Assembly (NCBI RefSeq): GCF_052095765.1
Contig: NZ_JBQDJZ010000001.1
Location: 11,090 to 75,089, forward strand
Direction of reading: 5' to 3'
Length of the DNA: 64,000 nucleotides
Source of the DNA: Halomonas sp.
GTDB lineage: Bacteria; Pseudomonadota; Gammaproteobacteria; Pseudomonadales; Halomonadaceae
The notes beneath the pieces are model-generated. The model had not been told where the DNA came from. It saw only the letters and a program-made list of their open reading frames with translations, and searched no databases. The position numbers and the translations under genes were made by a program. Within the stretch, counting starts at the first letter, position 1; each line of letters begins with the position of its first letter. This document shows positions 43,855-53,708 of this stretch, piece by piece.

Positions 43855-44853
43855 TCACCCCACCAGCAGGGTACTGGCCAGCCAGCCGCCGCTGACCAGC
43901 AGCACAAATAGGGTCAGTGCCAGGATAAAAGGGCGCAGGCCCAGATCGCGCAGCGTCGAGAGTCGGGTATTGAAGCCCAGCGCCGCCATGGCCATGGTCA
44001 GCGCCAGCTGGCCTGCCAGAACCAGGCTGTGATGCAGCGAGGCGGGCAGCTCGATGAAGCTGTTGAACACCACCATGGCCATGAAGCCAAAGGCAAACCA
44101 CGGGACTGCCAGGCTGGCGCCGACATTGGCGCCGTCCGTGCTGGCCGCCTGACTGCGCAGCCACAGCCGGCCTACGATCAGCAGGAAGGGCACCAGCATC
44201 ATCACCCGCACCAGCTTGACGATGACTGCATTGGTCAGCGCTTCGGGACCGACTGCCTCGCCGGCAGCGATCACCTGAGCCACTTCGTGGATGGTAGCGC
44301 CGATATATATGCCGAACAGACTTTCTTGCATGCCTATCAGCGGATACAGCAGTGGATAGACCAGCATGGCCAGAGTACCGAACAATACCACCGTGGCGAC
44401 TGCCATGGAGGCAGCAGCAGGGCGTGAGCGGATGAGGGATTCGGTAGCCAATACCGCGGCAGCACCGCAGATGGCGCTGCCGGCACTGGTCAGCAGGGTG
44501 GTTTCACGGTCCATACCCAGCACTCGGGTGCCGATAAAGTAGCCGGTGATTAGCACCGTAGTAATCACCAGCACATCGAGGACCAGTACCATCGGTCCCA
44601 AAGCCGTGATCTGCTGCATGGTCAGCGACAGGCCAAACAACACAATACCGCCACGTAGCAAGCGGCTGGTGGAAAACTTCAGGCCGGGGCCGGCGTCGCG
44701 CAGCTTGTCTGCCAGCGGCGTGTTACCAGCGACGATGCCCAGCAGCAAAGCGATAACCAGCGGGCTGATACCGTTATTAGCCAGCGCTGGCAGCTGGGCA
44801 AGGCTGAATCCTGCCGCGGTTAGTAGTGCGCATAAGACTAGCCCTTGGACCAT
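43855..44853 (-). CDS. YeiH-family (putative sulfate exporter) membrane protein
   Basis: AGSAICGAAAVLA, YIGATIHEVAQV, VKLVRVMML; ATG 44853 after GGGGG; divergent from LysR. Confidence 0.9.
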   Translation of the reverse strand: MVQGLVLCALLTAAGFSLAQLPALANNGISPLVIALLLGIVAGNTPLADKLRDAGPGLKFSTSRLLRGGIVLFGLSLTMQQITALGPMVLVLDVLVITTVLITGYFIGTRVLGMDRETTLLTSAGSAICGAAAVLATESLIRSRPAAASMAVATVVLFGTLAMLVYPLLYPLIGMQESLFGIYIGATIHEVAQVIAAGEAVGPEALTNAVIVKLVRVMMLVPFLLIVGRLWLRSQAASTDGANVGASLAVPWFAFGFMAMVVFNSFIELPASLHHSLVLAGQLALTMAMAALGFNTRLSTLRDLGLRPFILALTLFVLLVSGGWLASTLLVG

Positions 44854-45008
44854 GAAGCGCCCCCCTTGTGATGCATTGGTATGAAATGAGATAGCCCGGG
44901 CCGTGATAGCTCGGAATGATATGGTCATATGTCGATGAAGCGAGTCTAGGGCTTGCTAGCTGATATAGTTATCAACCAATAACGAAGTGGCTTTTCGGAA
45001 AAACCGAT

Positions 45009-45968
45009 ATGGGACCCGCCGTCACCTTTCGCCAGCTCCAGGTATTCGTCGCCGTTGCGCGGTTTGGCACCGTCAGCGCCGCCGCGCTGGAGCTGTGTCT
45101 GTCGCAGTCGGCTACCAGCCAGGCGCTGTCTGACCTGGAGCGCCAGCTGGGCATCACGCTGTTTGAGCGCCCCGGGCGCCGCTTGAGGCTTAACGCTCTG
45201 GGCGATGAGCTGCTGCCTCGTGCCGAAGCCTTGCTGGAAGGCATGGCAGACTTTGTTGCCGCGGCCAGCGATCCGTCAGGCACCCTGCGCGGCAGCCTGA
45301 ACATTTCGGCCAGTGCCACGGTCGGTACCTATCTGCTACCCGCCCTCGCAGGACGTTTTACCGAACTTTACCCCGCGGCTGAGCTGCGCCTGCGCCTGCG
45401 TAATAGCCACGAAGTGGCCAATGATGTGCTGGGGATGGACGCCGATATTGGGCTGATTGAAGGCGAGTGCCGCGACAATGTGTTGGTCAGTGAACCCTGG
45501 TGCCAGGACAGTCTGGTGGTGGTGGCTGCGCCGGGCCAGGTGCTTGCTGATAACAGCACGGCGGGAGAGCCACTGTGCGGCGACGAGCTTGAAAGCATGG
45601 CGTGGATACTGCGTGAACCGGGTTCGGGTACGCGCAGCGTTTTTGAGCAGGCCATGCGTGGGCGTGGGCTGACGCCGCGTGTGCGCATGGCGCTGGATCA
45701 GACCGAGGCGGTCAAGCAGGCGGTTGTGGCTGGGCTGGGTGCAAGCTGCCTGTCACGGCTTAGCGTAGCCGGAGAGCTGGCGCGCGGTGAGTTGGTTGCG
45801 CTGGAAACGCCGCTGTCCCTGCGCCGCCGCTTTTCACTGGTGTGGCATCCCGAGCGCTATCGCAGTCCACTGTGGCAAGCGTTCAAGGTATTCCTGACCG
45901 ATGCTGAGCGCAGCGGTGTGCTGCACGACTTGAGCCGCTTAAATGTTGCCGCTGAGGAAAAGCCATAG
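45009..45968 (+). CDS. LysR-family regulator (YeiE/CysL-like)
   Basis: N-terminal HTH FRQLQVFVAVA...LSQSATSQALSDLE; REPGSGTR. Confidence 0.92.
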   Translation: MGPAVTFRQLQVFVAVARFGTVSAAALELCLSQSATSQALSDLERQLGITLFERPGRRLRLNALGDELLPRAEALLEGMADFVAAASDPSGTLRGSLNISASATVGTYLLPALAGRFTELYPAAELRLRLRNSHEVANDVLGMDADIGLIEGECRDNVLVSEPWCQDSLVVVAAPGQVLADNSTAGEPLCGDELESMAWILREPGSGTRSVFEQAMRGRGLTPRVRMALDQTEAVKQAVVAGLGASCLSRLSVAGELARGELVALETPLSLRRRFSLVWHPERYRSPLWQAFKVFLTDAERSGVLHDLSRLNVAAEEKP

Positions 45969-46829
45969 GGCAATGACGGCGAAGTGGCCGGGGTACCAGC
46001 TGAGCCATAGACGGCGTGGCATCTGCCATATCATTTCGGGGATATGGCGATGGGTGCCTGCCGCCAGTAGCAGCACCAGCACACAGGTGCCCAGAGTGAA
46101 CGACTTGGCCATCAGTGAGCTGTTCATAAACCCGCCGATGATCAGCACCGGTAAACAGCTGAGGGCGGCGACAGGCACGCCATCGCGCGTCACATCAGTG
46201 CGGTGAAGGCGCTGCATGGCTAGCATGTAGGCGGGAATTAGCAGCAGCCCCGGATGACCATACTCCGTCAGAGTGCCGGCCAGCCACCAGACCATCACCG
46301 CGGTGGCGATTTCTGCGCCGAGCCGCCATACAGCAGTGCTTTCTTGCCTAAGCCGCTGCCCCAGCCCCGACAGCCAGACACCGCCCACCAAGCCCAGCGA
46401 CAGCGTGAAACAGATGTTGATGATCAGTGCATCACTTGAGCGCGGCATCAGCATGTAGGGCAGCTGCGCTACCAGGCCGATGACCAGAATACGTCGCGCA
46501 TAGCGCAGCGGGTTACGGGTGTTGAAACAGGCATGCCAGGCCACCATGCCCGCAAACAACGGAAAGGCAATGCGCCCCACCGAGCTGCCTACCCAGCTCA
46601 TCTGCCAAGCTTCTGGCGCCACATAACGGGCGACATGGTCAAGCGTCATGGTAATCAGCGCCAGCCACTGGCCCCAGCCGGTCCAGTTTGAACAGGGGCG
46701 TGGCAGAGCAGAGCTCGCATGAGTGTTTGTAGCAGTGTCCGCATGCGGGTCAGCAGACGCGTGTGCTGAAGCCCGATTCTCTAGTGAAAGCGTTTGGGAT
46801 GGCTGGCGGCAAGGTGCGCTGGCAGGCAT
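45939..46829 (-). CDS. TraX-family membrane protein (putative acyltransferase)
   Basis: LALITMTLDH, GRIAFPLFA, QLPY, NICFTL, YPGHF; ATG 46829 after GGAG. Confidence 0.75.
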   Translation of the reverse strand: MPASAPCRQPSQTLSLENRASAHASADPHADTATNTHASSALPRPCSNWTGWGQWLALITMTLDHVARYVAPEAWQMSWVGSSVGRIAFPLFAGMVAWHACFNTRNPLRYARRILVIGLVAQLPYMLMPRSSDALIINICFTLSLGLVGGVWLSGLGQRLRQESTAVWRLGAEIATAVMVWWLAGTLTEYGHPGLLLIPAYMLAMQRLHRTDVTRDGVPVAALSCLPVLIIGGFMNSSLMAKSFTLGTCVLVLLLAAGTHRHIPEMIWQMPRRLWLSWYPGHFAVIALWLFLSGNI

Positions 46830-46954
46830 GGCATACTCCAAAATATCCTTATGCCATGAGGACACTGATCTTTGCCTGCCGTTCGCTGCTGATGCGATTA
46901 GTCAAAGTATACTTGTTGGTGTTGTCAGAATTGTTGTCAGACCTGCTGCAAAAA

Positions 46955-47494
46955 TTATGTCGTCTCTCCAGCAACAGATCGACACATGGCAGTGTCCTGT
47001 TCGCTAAAAAAGCATAGCGTGACCTCGAATGCCGGGTGCTTCGGTAACTCATCGCGCATGACTGCTAGCACGACCTTGGCAGCTTCCTCGGATGGATAGC
47101 CGAAAACGCCCGTAGAAATGGCGGGAAAGGCAATGCTGTGCAGGCTGTACTCGGCGGCTAACACCAGGGCACGACGATAACAGTCGGCCAGTAGTCCGGA
47201 TTTATCTTCGTTTTTGTCATATACCGGCCCTACGGTGTGGATCACATGGCGCGCCGGCAGCTGAAAGCCATCGGTCAGCGCGACTTGGCCAACTGGCAAA
47301 CCGTCTGGCCAGTCACTGTCGCGCAGCCGCTGGCAGGCAGCTTTCAGCTGTGGCCCGGCAGCGCGGTGGATCGCTCCATCAACGCCGCCACCACCTAGCA
47401 GGCTATGGTTGGCGGTGTTGACGATGGCATCGACGTCCAGTGTGGTGATATCGCCGGTGATGATGTGCAAGCGCTGATCCGTGCTGACTGACAT
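46955..47494 (-). CDS. Macrodomain protein (O-acetyl-ADP-ribose deacetylase, YmdB-like)
   Basis: GDIT, DAIVNTAN, GGGGVDGAIHRAAG, VIHTVGP, AFPAISTGVFGYP. Confidence 0.92.
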   Translation of the reverse strand: MSVSTDQRLHIITGDITTLDVDAIVNTANHSLLGGGGVDGAIHRAAGPQLKAACQRLRDSDWPDGLPVGQVALTDGFQLPARHVIHTVGPVYDKNEDKSGLLADCYRRALVLAAEYSLHSIAFPAISTGVFGYPSEEAAKVVLAVMRDELPKHPAFEVTLCFFSEQDTAMCRSVAGETT

Positions 47495-47675
47495 CAGTTT
47501 ATCCTCCTGTACTTCCCGTTCATTTGAACGGGTTAATGATGACTTGTTTTAGTTACCCTCGAATTGTCTGACTTAAATCAGGGTTCGTTATCCTGCAGGC
47601 TGTGTATCGCCTGCTTGGCGCTTTATCAGCAAAATTTCAGCTGAACTTCAATTAAACATACCAGGAAATACCCCC

Positions 47676-48275
47676 ATGCTTCTGACCGCCACCCTGCTTG
47701 TTTGCGTTGTCTGTGTCGTTGCCTACCTGTGGTACGTCGCTGTAATAAAGCGGCGCAACCGCGTGCTTGAGGCGCTGTCTTCCATTGATGTGCAGCTGAA
47801 AAAGCGCCACGACCTGCTGCCCAATGTGCTCAAGCTGGCCAGTCAGTACATGACCCATGAGCGCGACCTGCTGGAGCAGGTGACCCAGCTGCGCACCAGC
47901 GCCCGGGTGTCCTACGACGAAAAAAATGCCGGTGACGTCAAACAGCACCTTGAGGCAGAGGGTGGACTGCAACAGGGCATGCGGCAGATATTTGCGGTGG
48001 CGGAAAACTACCCGGACCTCCGCTCAAGCGAAACCATTGTCGAGGCGCAGCAGAATTTCAACGAAGCCGAAGCGCACATTGCCGCCGCACGGCGTTTCTA
48101 CAATGCCGCCGTTACGCGCTTGAACACTGCGGTGCAGATTTTTCCCGGCAGCTTGATCGGGCGGATGGCCGGCGTTGAGCCGATGCCTTTCTTCGAGCTG
48201 GAGGACAAAGCGCAGCGCGAGAACGTCAATGTGGATGATTTTCTCAATGTGGGTAACCGGGGGAATCAGTCATGA
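47676..48275 (+). CDS. lemA: LemA family protein
   Basis: N-terminal TM; IDVQLKKRHDLLPN, AENYPDLRS, ARRFYNAAV. Confidence 0.93.
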   Translation: MLLTATLLVCVVCVVAYLWYVAVIKRRNRVLEALSSIDVQLKKRHDLLPNVLKLASQYMTHERDLLEQVTQLRTSARVSYDEKNAGDVKQHLEAEGGLQQGMRQIFAVAENYPDLRSSETIVEAQQNFNEAEAHIAAARRFYNAAVTRLNTAVQIFPGSLIGRMAGVEPMPFFELEDKAQRENVNVDDFLNVGNRGNQS

Positions 48276-49327
48276 GGGTTGATACAGCAGTCGCAGGACG
48301 CGCGGAGAACCTGCCGGAAGGCTTTGTGGAATATTACACTGGCACTATTGAGCCGCAGCTGGAGCGTTTTGATGAAAAACGCCGTCTGGGTGTCAAGTTG
48401 ATGATAGCAGGCGGTGTTGTGGTGGTGCTGGACCTGGTGGCGCTTTTCTGGCTTAACAGCCAGGGCGTTACCAGCTCTATGGTCCTGGTGGCCGGTCTTG
48501 CCGTGGCCGCTTTAGCTGGCCTGGGCGTTTTTCTGACTTATCGCAAAACGCGCCAGCTGGTAAAAACTGCGCTGGTCGAGCCAGGGTGCCGGTTTCTTGG
48601 CTATGACTATGTTCAAAAGCCCAGGGATTTCCCGGTAGAGCAGTTTTATGATCTGAGGTTGATTCGACGCCGCCAGCAAACCAGTACCCAGGTGGAGGAC
48701 GGCATCAGCGGCACGTACAACGGGATAGGATTCCGGCTATGTGAAGTGGAAATCAGGGACAGGAGCAACCAGGACAAAGAGCAGAAAAGCTCAAGCGATA
48801 AAAATAAAAACCTGCTGTTTCGCGGTGTGCTGTTTATTAGCGAATTCCCCCGCAACTTCACCGGGGAAACGCGAGTGTTGCACTCGGCACACCTCAGCCT
48901 GTTACCCAAGTCAGCCCTGGATGGCTCGCGGCTGGAAAGTGTCCATCTGGAAGAGTCGAAGTTCTCACAGTCGTATCATGTGTATTCCAACGATCAGGTT
49001 GAGGCCCGCTATCTGCTCAACCCTCGCTTCATGGAGCTGTTGATGGAGCTGGTTGCCCGCTTCAACCCCAGCCCTGAGCTTCCGCCAGACCAAGCCGAGG
49101 CGATTGAACAGTCATGGATTTACCAGAAGATGATGGACGTGGCCAACTCACTGTCCGTCGCCTTTGTGGACAATCAGATGTTGATCGCGGTCGGCACCCG
49201 TGAGAACCGTTTTGAGGGCGGCAGCCTGCTCAAGTCGCTAAAAGACCGCCAGCGGGTGGAGCAGTTGCTGGAAGAGTTACAGGTGGTGCCGCAGATTCTC
49301 GATACCCTTTCGCTGGAAGGTAAGTAG
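48272..49327 (+). CDS. DUF3137-like membrane protein
   Basis: Two N-terminal TMs; EDGISG, LFRGVL, FS..YHVYSNDQVEARYLLNPRFME; ATGA-coupled to lemA. Confidence 0.75.
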   Translation: MRVDTAVAGRAENLPEGFVEYYTGTIEPQLERFDEKRRLGVKLMIAGGVVVVLDLVALFWLNSQGVTSSMVLVAGLAVAALAGLGVFLTYRKTRQLVKTALVEPGCRFLGYDYVQKPRDFPVEQFYDLRLIRRRQQTSTQVEDGISGTYNGIGFRLCEVEIRDRSNQDKEQKSSSDKNKNLLFRGVLFISEFPRNFTGETRVLHSAHLSLLPKSALDGSRLESVHLEESKFSQSYHVYSNDQVEARYLLNPRFMELLMELVARFNPSPELPPDQAEAIEQSWIYQKMMDVANSLSVAFVDNQMLIAVGTRENRFEGGSLLKSLKDRQRVEQLLEELQVVPQILDTLSLEGK

Positions 49328-49354
49328 CCGCACCACCCGGGCAACATCAGTGCT

Positions 49355-50407
49355 TTATTGCAATGCGCTGATCAACGCATCAGTCAACTCGGAGGTACTG
49401 GCATTGCCGCCCATGTCCGGTGTGCAGTGTCGGGTATCGCTGGATACTTGATCCAGCGCTTTCAGGATGGCCGAGGCTGCCGCTTTTTCGCCCAGATGTT
49501 CGAGCATCATCGCGCCGGACCAGATGGCTGCGATCGGGTTGGCCTTGCCCTGGCCGGCAATATCCGGCGCCGAGCCGTGCACGGGCTCAAACATCGAAGG
49601 CAACTGCCGGTTCGGGTTGATGTTGGCAGATGCTGCGAATCCCAGTCCGCCCTGAATGGCTGCGCCGATATCGCTGAGAATGTCGCCGAACAGGTTGGAA
49701 GCGACGATCACGTCCAGGCTTTCGGGATGGGTGATCATGCGCGCAGCCATAGCGTCGACATGGTAGCGCGTCACAGTGACGTCGGGATACTCGGCGGCCA
49801 ATTCATCGGTGACCTCATCCCAGAACACCATGGAATATTTCTGTGCGTTGGACTTGGTCACCGAGGCTAGCTTGCCGGAGCGCAGCCGCGCCTGTTCGAA
49901 GCCAAAACGCAGAATACGTTCGACCCCGTGGCGGGTGAAGATGGATGTTTCTACTGCGACTTCTTGCGGGCTGCCCAGATGCACGCGGCCACCGGCGCCG
50001 GAGTATTCACCCTCGGTATTCTCTCGGATGCACAGGATGTCGAAGCCGGTTTTCTTCAACGGACCATTGGCCCCACCGAGCAGACGGTGGGGGCGCATGT
50101 TCACGAACTGATCGAAGTGCTTGCGGATCGGCAGTAGCAGGCCGTGTAGCGACACGCTGTCGGATACTTTTTCAGGCCAGCCCACCGCGCCCAGAAAAAT
50201 CGCATCGCTCTGTGCCAGTCGTGCTAGACCGTCGTCGGGCATCATTTGCCCGTGCTCAAGGTAGTATTCACAGCCCCAGTCGACTTCGGAAAACGTCAGG
50301 CCGAAGCCAAATTGATCGGCGGCCGTTTTGAGTATGCTGCGCGTTGCGTGGGTGACATCGACACCGACGCCGTCACCGGGAATTACGGCGATATCATAAG
50401 AAGACAT
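49355..50407 (-). CDS. Tartrate dehydrogenase/D-malate dehydrogenase (beta-decarboxylating dehydrogenase family)
   Basis: IAVIPGDGVG, IRENTEGEYS, VTKSNA, SNLFGDILSD, FEPVHGSAPDIAG. Confidence 0.88.
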   Translation of the reverse strand: MSSYDIAVIPGDGVGVDVTHATRSILKTAADQFGFGLTFSEVDWGCEYYLEHGQMMPDDGLARLAQSDAIFLGAVGWPEKVSDSVSLHGLLLPIRKHFDQFVNMRPHRLLGGANGPLKKTGFDILCIRENTEGEYSGAGGRVHLGSPQEVAVETSIFTRHGVERILRFGFEQARLRSGKLASVTKSNAQKYSMVFWDEVTDELAAEYPDVTVTRYHVDAMAARMITHPESLDVIVASNLFGDILSDIGAAIQGGLGFAASANINPNRQLPSMFEPVHGSAPDIAGQGKANPIAAIWSGAMMLEHLGEKAAASAILKALDQVSSDTRHCTPDMGGNASTSELTDALISALQ

Positions 50408-50461
50408 GGTTTCTCCTGGTTAGTGTGTTTGTCGCTAGCTTTGGCAATCGCCGCTCAACCG

Positions 50462-51430
50462 TCATGAAAACAGCGACTGGTCGACGGGCATATCACATGA
50501 CAGCGCTAACATAAGCCGCAGCCTGGCTTTTCTGGCGTTCAAGTGGCTGGTCTTGAGCGCCCCCAGTGCCACCATCTCGGCAAGACAGCCCGGATACTCA
50601 TAGACCTCGGCCAGATTGCCTAAAAAGGTAGAAGAGGCGATTGCCACTGGCACGCCGCTTTTCATCACAGCACCAAGGGGCTCAACCCAGTCTGGCGGCA
50701 CATGCCCGCGACCGATAGCGTCAATGACCAGCCCCTCGGCACCGCTGGCCACCGCCGCCTCAAGCAAGGCAGGTGACGCGCCAACCGCCACCGGCATGAT
50801 ATCCACTCGTGGCAGCTGGGTACCTGGGGTGATGGCGCTCAGGCGCTGTAACTGTTTGAATAGCCTTACCTCATCACCATCCACAAAGCCCACGGGGCCG
50901 ATGCCCGGCGAGCCGAAGCCGTTGAGTTGATAGCTGCTGGTCTTGCGCACCGTGCTGGCCGCATGGACCTCCTCATTGAACACCACAAGGGTACCAGCAC
51001 CGCGTGCTTGGGATGCACCTGCCACCTTTATGGCATCGCGTAGATTGGGGCCGGCATCCGAGCCGGGGACGTAAGGCACACGCTGGGCCCCGGTGACCAC
51101 CACAGCAGTGTTTGGCAGCATCAGGCTGGTATCGAGGAAGTAGGCGGTATCTTCCAGGGTATCGGTGCCTTGTGACACCACCAGGCCGGCGACTTCTTCA
51201 CGCTGTGACAGTTCAAGGCACAGCGCCCTGAGCTGCAGCAGGTCGTCAGTGGTAATGGAGTTGCTGGCTTTCTGGTAGAGCGTGACCACTTCAACCGGGC
51301 CGCTGCTGTGGATATTCAGTTGCTCCATCAGCGCCTTGCCGGAAAGGGCCCCGGCAACCGCTCGTCCCGAGCTGTCGGGAATGCTGGCGATGGTGCCGCC
51401 CAGCGAAATCAGTACTACGGTATTTTTCAT
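50462..51430 (-). CDS. Asparaginase/glutaminase-family amidohydrolase (cytoplasmic, no signal peptide)
   Basis: LGGTIAS, SQGTDTLEDTAY, VTGAQR, GSDAGPNL. Confidence 0.85.
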   Translation of the reverse strand: MKNTVVLISLGGTIASIPDSSGRAVAGALSGKALMEQLNIHSSGPVEVVTLYQKASNSITTDDLLQLRALCLELSQREEVAGLVVSQGTDTLEDTAYFLDTSLMLPNTAVVVTGAQRVPYVPGSDAGPNLRDAIKVAGASQARGAGTLVVFNEEVHAASTVRKTSSYQLNGFGSPGIGPVGFVDGDEVRLFKQLQRLSAITPGTQLPRVDIMPVAVGASPALLEAAVASGAEGLVIDAIGRGHVPPDWVEPLGAVMKSGVPVAIASSTFLGNLAEVYEYPGCLAEMVALGALKTSHLNARKARLRLMLALSCDMPVDQSLFS

Positions 51431-51466
51431 TGCATGTGACCCCTGTTGGCTCCGGTGGTTGTTTTC

Positions 51467-51482
51467 ATCAGATTTATCTGAT
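51467..51482. promoter_or_regulatory. Operator-like perfect inverted repeat
   Basis: ATCAGAT-TT-ATCTGAT, overlapping the recD stop, 37 bp upstream of the asparaginase start. Confidence 0.4.
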
Positions 51483-53708
51483 ATTTAACCCGCTGACACG
51501 TACCACACGGCGCTTGACGGCATCATTGAGCTGCCCGCGGCCGGGCTCTACCAGCGTCAGCCAGTGGCGGGCGCGGGTGATGCCGGTGTAGACCAGCTCG
51601 CGGGTCAAAATCGGGTTGGGTAGATCGGGCAGTACCAGCGCCGTGTGGTCAAACTCTGAGCCCTGGGATTTGTGTACTGTCATGGCGAACACGGTTTCTA
51701 CTGCTTTGAGGCGTGCTGGCAACACCCACTTGATATGCCCCGAGCCATCACTGGCAGGGAAGGCCACGCGCAGCAGGTGGTCGTTGGGAGCATCGGGGTG
51801 GGGCTGCTCCAGGGTGATGCCAATATCGCCGTTCATCAGTCCCAGCCCATAGTCGTTAGCCGTCACCAACACCGGGCGACCGGCGTACCATTGGCTTTGC
51901 TCGCTTCCCGGTTTGATCAGCCCCTGCTTGGCCAGCGCTTCGCGGACACAAAGGTTCAGCCCTTCCACGCCCCAGGAGCCGCGGCGCAAGGCGCACAGCA
52001 GCTGGAAACGCCCGTAGGCTGCCAGCACGTCTGTGGCCCAGTCATCAAAGCGCTCGGGGGGGGCGTCCTGAGTAGGGCGCTGGCTATGCATCACCTCAAG
52101 GTAGTGACGATAGCCCACCGGGGGAAGCGCTTGGCCGACTGCCGGGTGAGCCGGGTGGCGGGGAAACCCCTCGGGATAGCCGCTGAGGGCTAGTTGGGCA
52201 AGGCGTGCGCGATCATCGTTTTTTACCCGCAGGTGAGAAAGGTCAGCATAGCTGGTAGCCCAGATTTCGTTCAGCGAGACAGGGCTGCTGCCCCCTGAAT
52301 TGATGGCCTCGGCCAGTTGGCCCACGCCGCTGTCGGCGGTAAATCGGTGGCTCAAGCGCAGCATGGTAATGGCCTGATCCAGCGGCTGGCCATTGGCGTC
52401 AAGCATGTTTTCAGACAGGGTCTGGCCGCTGGCGGCGCTCAGCCACTTGGCGGTGGCTGGCGTATAGTGACCCGCCTCGGCCCGGGCGCACAGGTCGCCT
52501 AGCACCGAGCCGGCTTCCACCGAGGCCAACTGGTCCTTGTCGCCAAGCAGTACTAGTCGCGCATGGTGCGGTAGGGCATCAAGCAGTGCCGCCATCAGGC
52601 TGACGTCGATCATCGAGGCTTCGTCAACCACCAGCACATCCAGCGGTAGCGGCTGGTGGCGGTGATAACGCAGGCGGCGCGTTCCGGGACGCGCGCCAAG
52701 CAGCCGGTGCAGAGTGCTGACTTCCGTGGGGATGGCTTCCTGCAGTTGCGCAGTCGTGCTTGCTGCGCTGCTGTGAGGTTCATCCGAGGTGTGTTGGTTG
52801 ATCTGTCTCGTCAGACTGCTTAGTGGTAAGCGATCCACCTGACCAGCGATGGACTCATTGAGCCTTGCCGCAGCCTTGCCTGTGGGCGCGGCCAAGCGAA
52901 TGCGCAGCGCTGGCAGGCCCAGTCCCAGCTGGCGAGCCTGCAGCAGGGTGAGCAAGCGCACCACGGTGGTGGTTTTGCCGGTACCTGGCCCGCCGGTAAT
53001 CACCGCAAAATGGCTGCGGCTGGCTAGGGCGCAGGCGACCTTCTGCCAGTCAATTTCATCAGGCAACTGGCTGGGCTGCGCAAACAGGGTGTCGAGCAGT
53101 GGGCGCAGCCGCTCGGGGCTGGCGGAGGCCTCCAAACCATCATCAGGCGCGTTCAGTCTTGTGTCGAGCTGATGGCGGATTTCCTGCTCGTACTGCCAGT
53201 AGCGGCGTAGATACAGCCGCGGGCGCTGGTTGCTGTCATCGCCAGCGCTGTTGCCAGGGCCAACAAGCACCAACGGGGTGTTGCCTGGGCCGCTGCTAAT
53301 CAGCGCAGGTTGAGCCAAGGCAGATTGCCATTCATCAAGTGTCAGCCCCGCCATCACGTAACTAGGTAGTGGCGGCGGCTCATCCAGGCTGTCGCCCTCC
53401 GGCGGTAGCGACAGGGCCAGATCCGGCGTGGCCAGTGTCTGGGCGAGATCAAGACACACATGGCCGCGCCCCAGCTGGTGGCTGGCCAGTGCCGCCGCCA
53501 GCAGCAGCAAAGGGGATGTGTCGCTGACTTCGCGCAACAGGAAAGCCGCAAAGGCGCGGTCCAACGAGCGTAGCCAGCCACGTTCTACCCAGCGGTCGAG
53601 CAGTTCAAACAGCGCCGTACGGCAGTGGCGTGCTGCTGTGGCGTCGCTGTGGGTTTGAGAACCCGCCGCTTGGGAGTTGCGCAGTTTTGTATCTGGCCGC
53701 GGCGTCAT
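51474..53708 (-). CDS. recD: Exodeoxyribonuclease V alpha subunit
   Basis: ITGGPGTGKTT, AAPTGKAAARL, VVDEASM, GDKDQL, TVHKSQGSEF. Confidence 0.96.
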   Translation of the reverse strand: MTPRPDTKLRNSQAAGSQTHSDATAARHCRTALFELLDRWVERGWLRSLDRAFAAFLLREVSDTSPLLLLAAALASHQLGRGHVCLDLAQTLATPDLALSLPPEGDSLDEPPPLPSYVMAGLTLDEWQSALAQPALISSGPGNTPLVLVGPGNSAGDDSNQRPRLYLRRYWQYEQEIRHQLDTRLNAPDDGLEASASPERLRPLLDTLFAQPSQLPDEIDWQKVACALASRSHFAVITGGPGTGKTTTVVRLLTLLQARQLGLGLPALRIRLAAPTGKAAARLNESIAGQVDRLPLSSLTRQINQHTSDEPHSSAASTTAQLQEAIPTEVSTLHRLLGARPGTRRLRYHRHQPLPLDVLVVDEASMIDVSLMAALLDALPHHARLVLLGDKDQLASVEAGSVLGDLCARAEAGHYTPATAKWLSAASGQTLSENMLDANGQPLDQAITMLRLSHRFTADSGVGQLAEAINSGGSSPVSLNEIWATSYADLSHLRVKNDDRARLAQLALSGYPEGFPRHPAHPAVGQALPPVGYRHYLEVMHSQRPTQDAPPERFDDWATDVLAAYGRFQLLCALRRGSWGVEGLNLCVREALAKQGLIKPGSEQSQWYAGRPVLVTANDYGLGLMNGDIGITLEQPHPDAPNDHLLRVAFPASDGSGHIKWVLPARLKAVETVFAMTVHKSQGSEFDHTALVLPDLPNPILTRELVYTGITRARHWLTLVEPGRGQLNDAVKRRVVRVSGLNIR

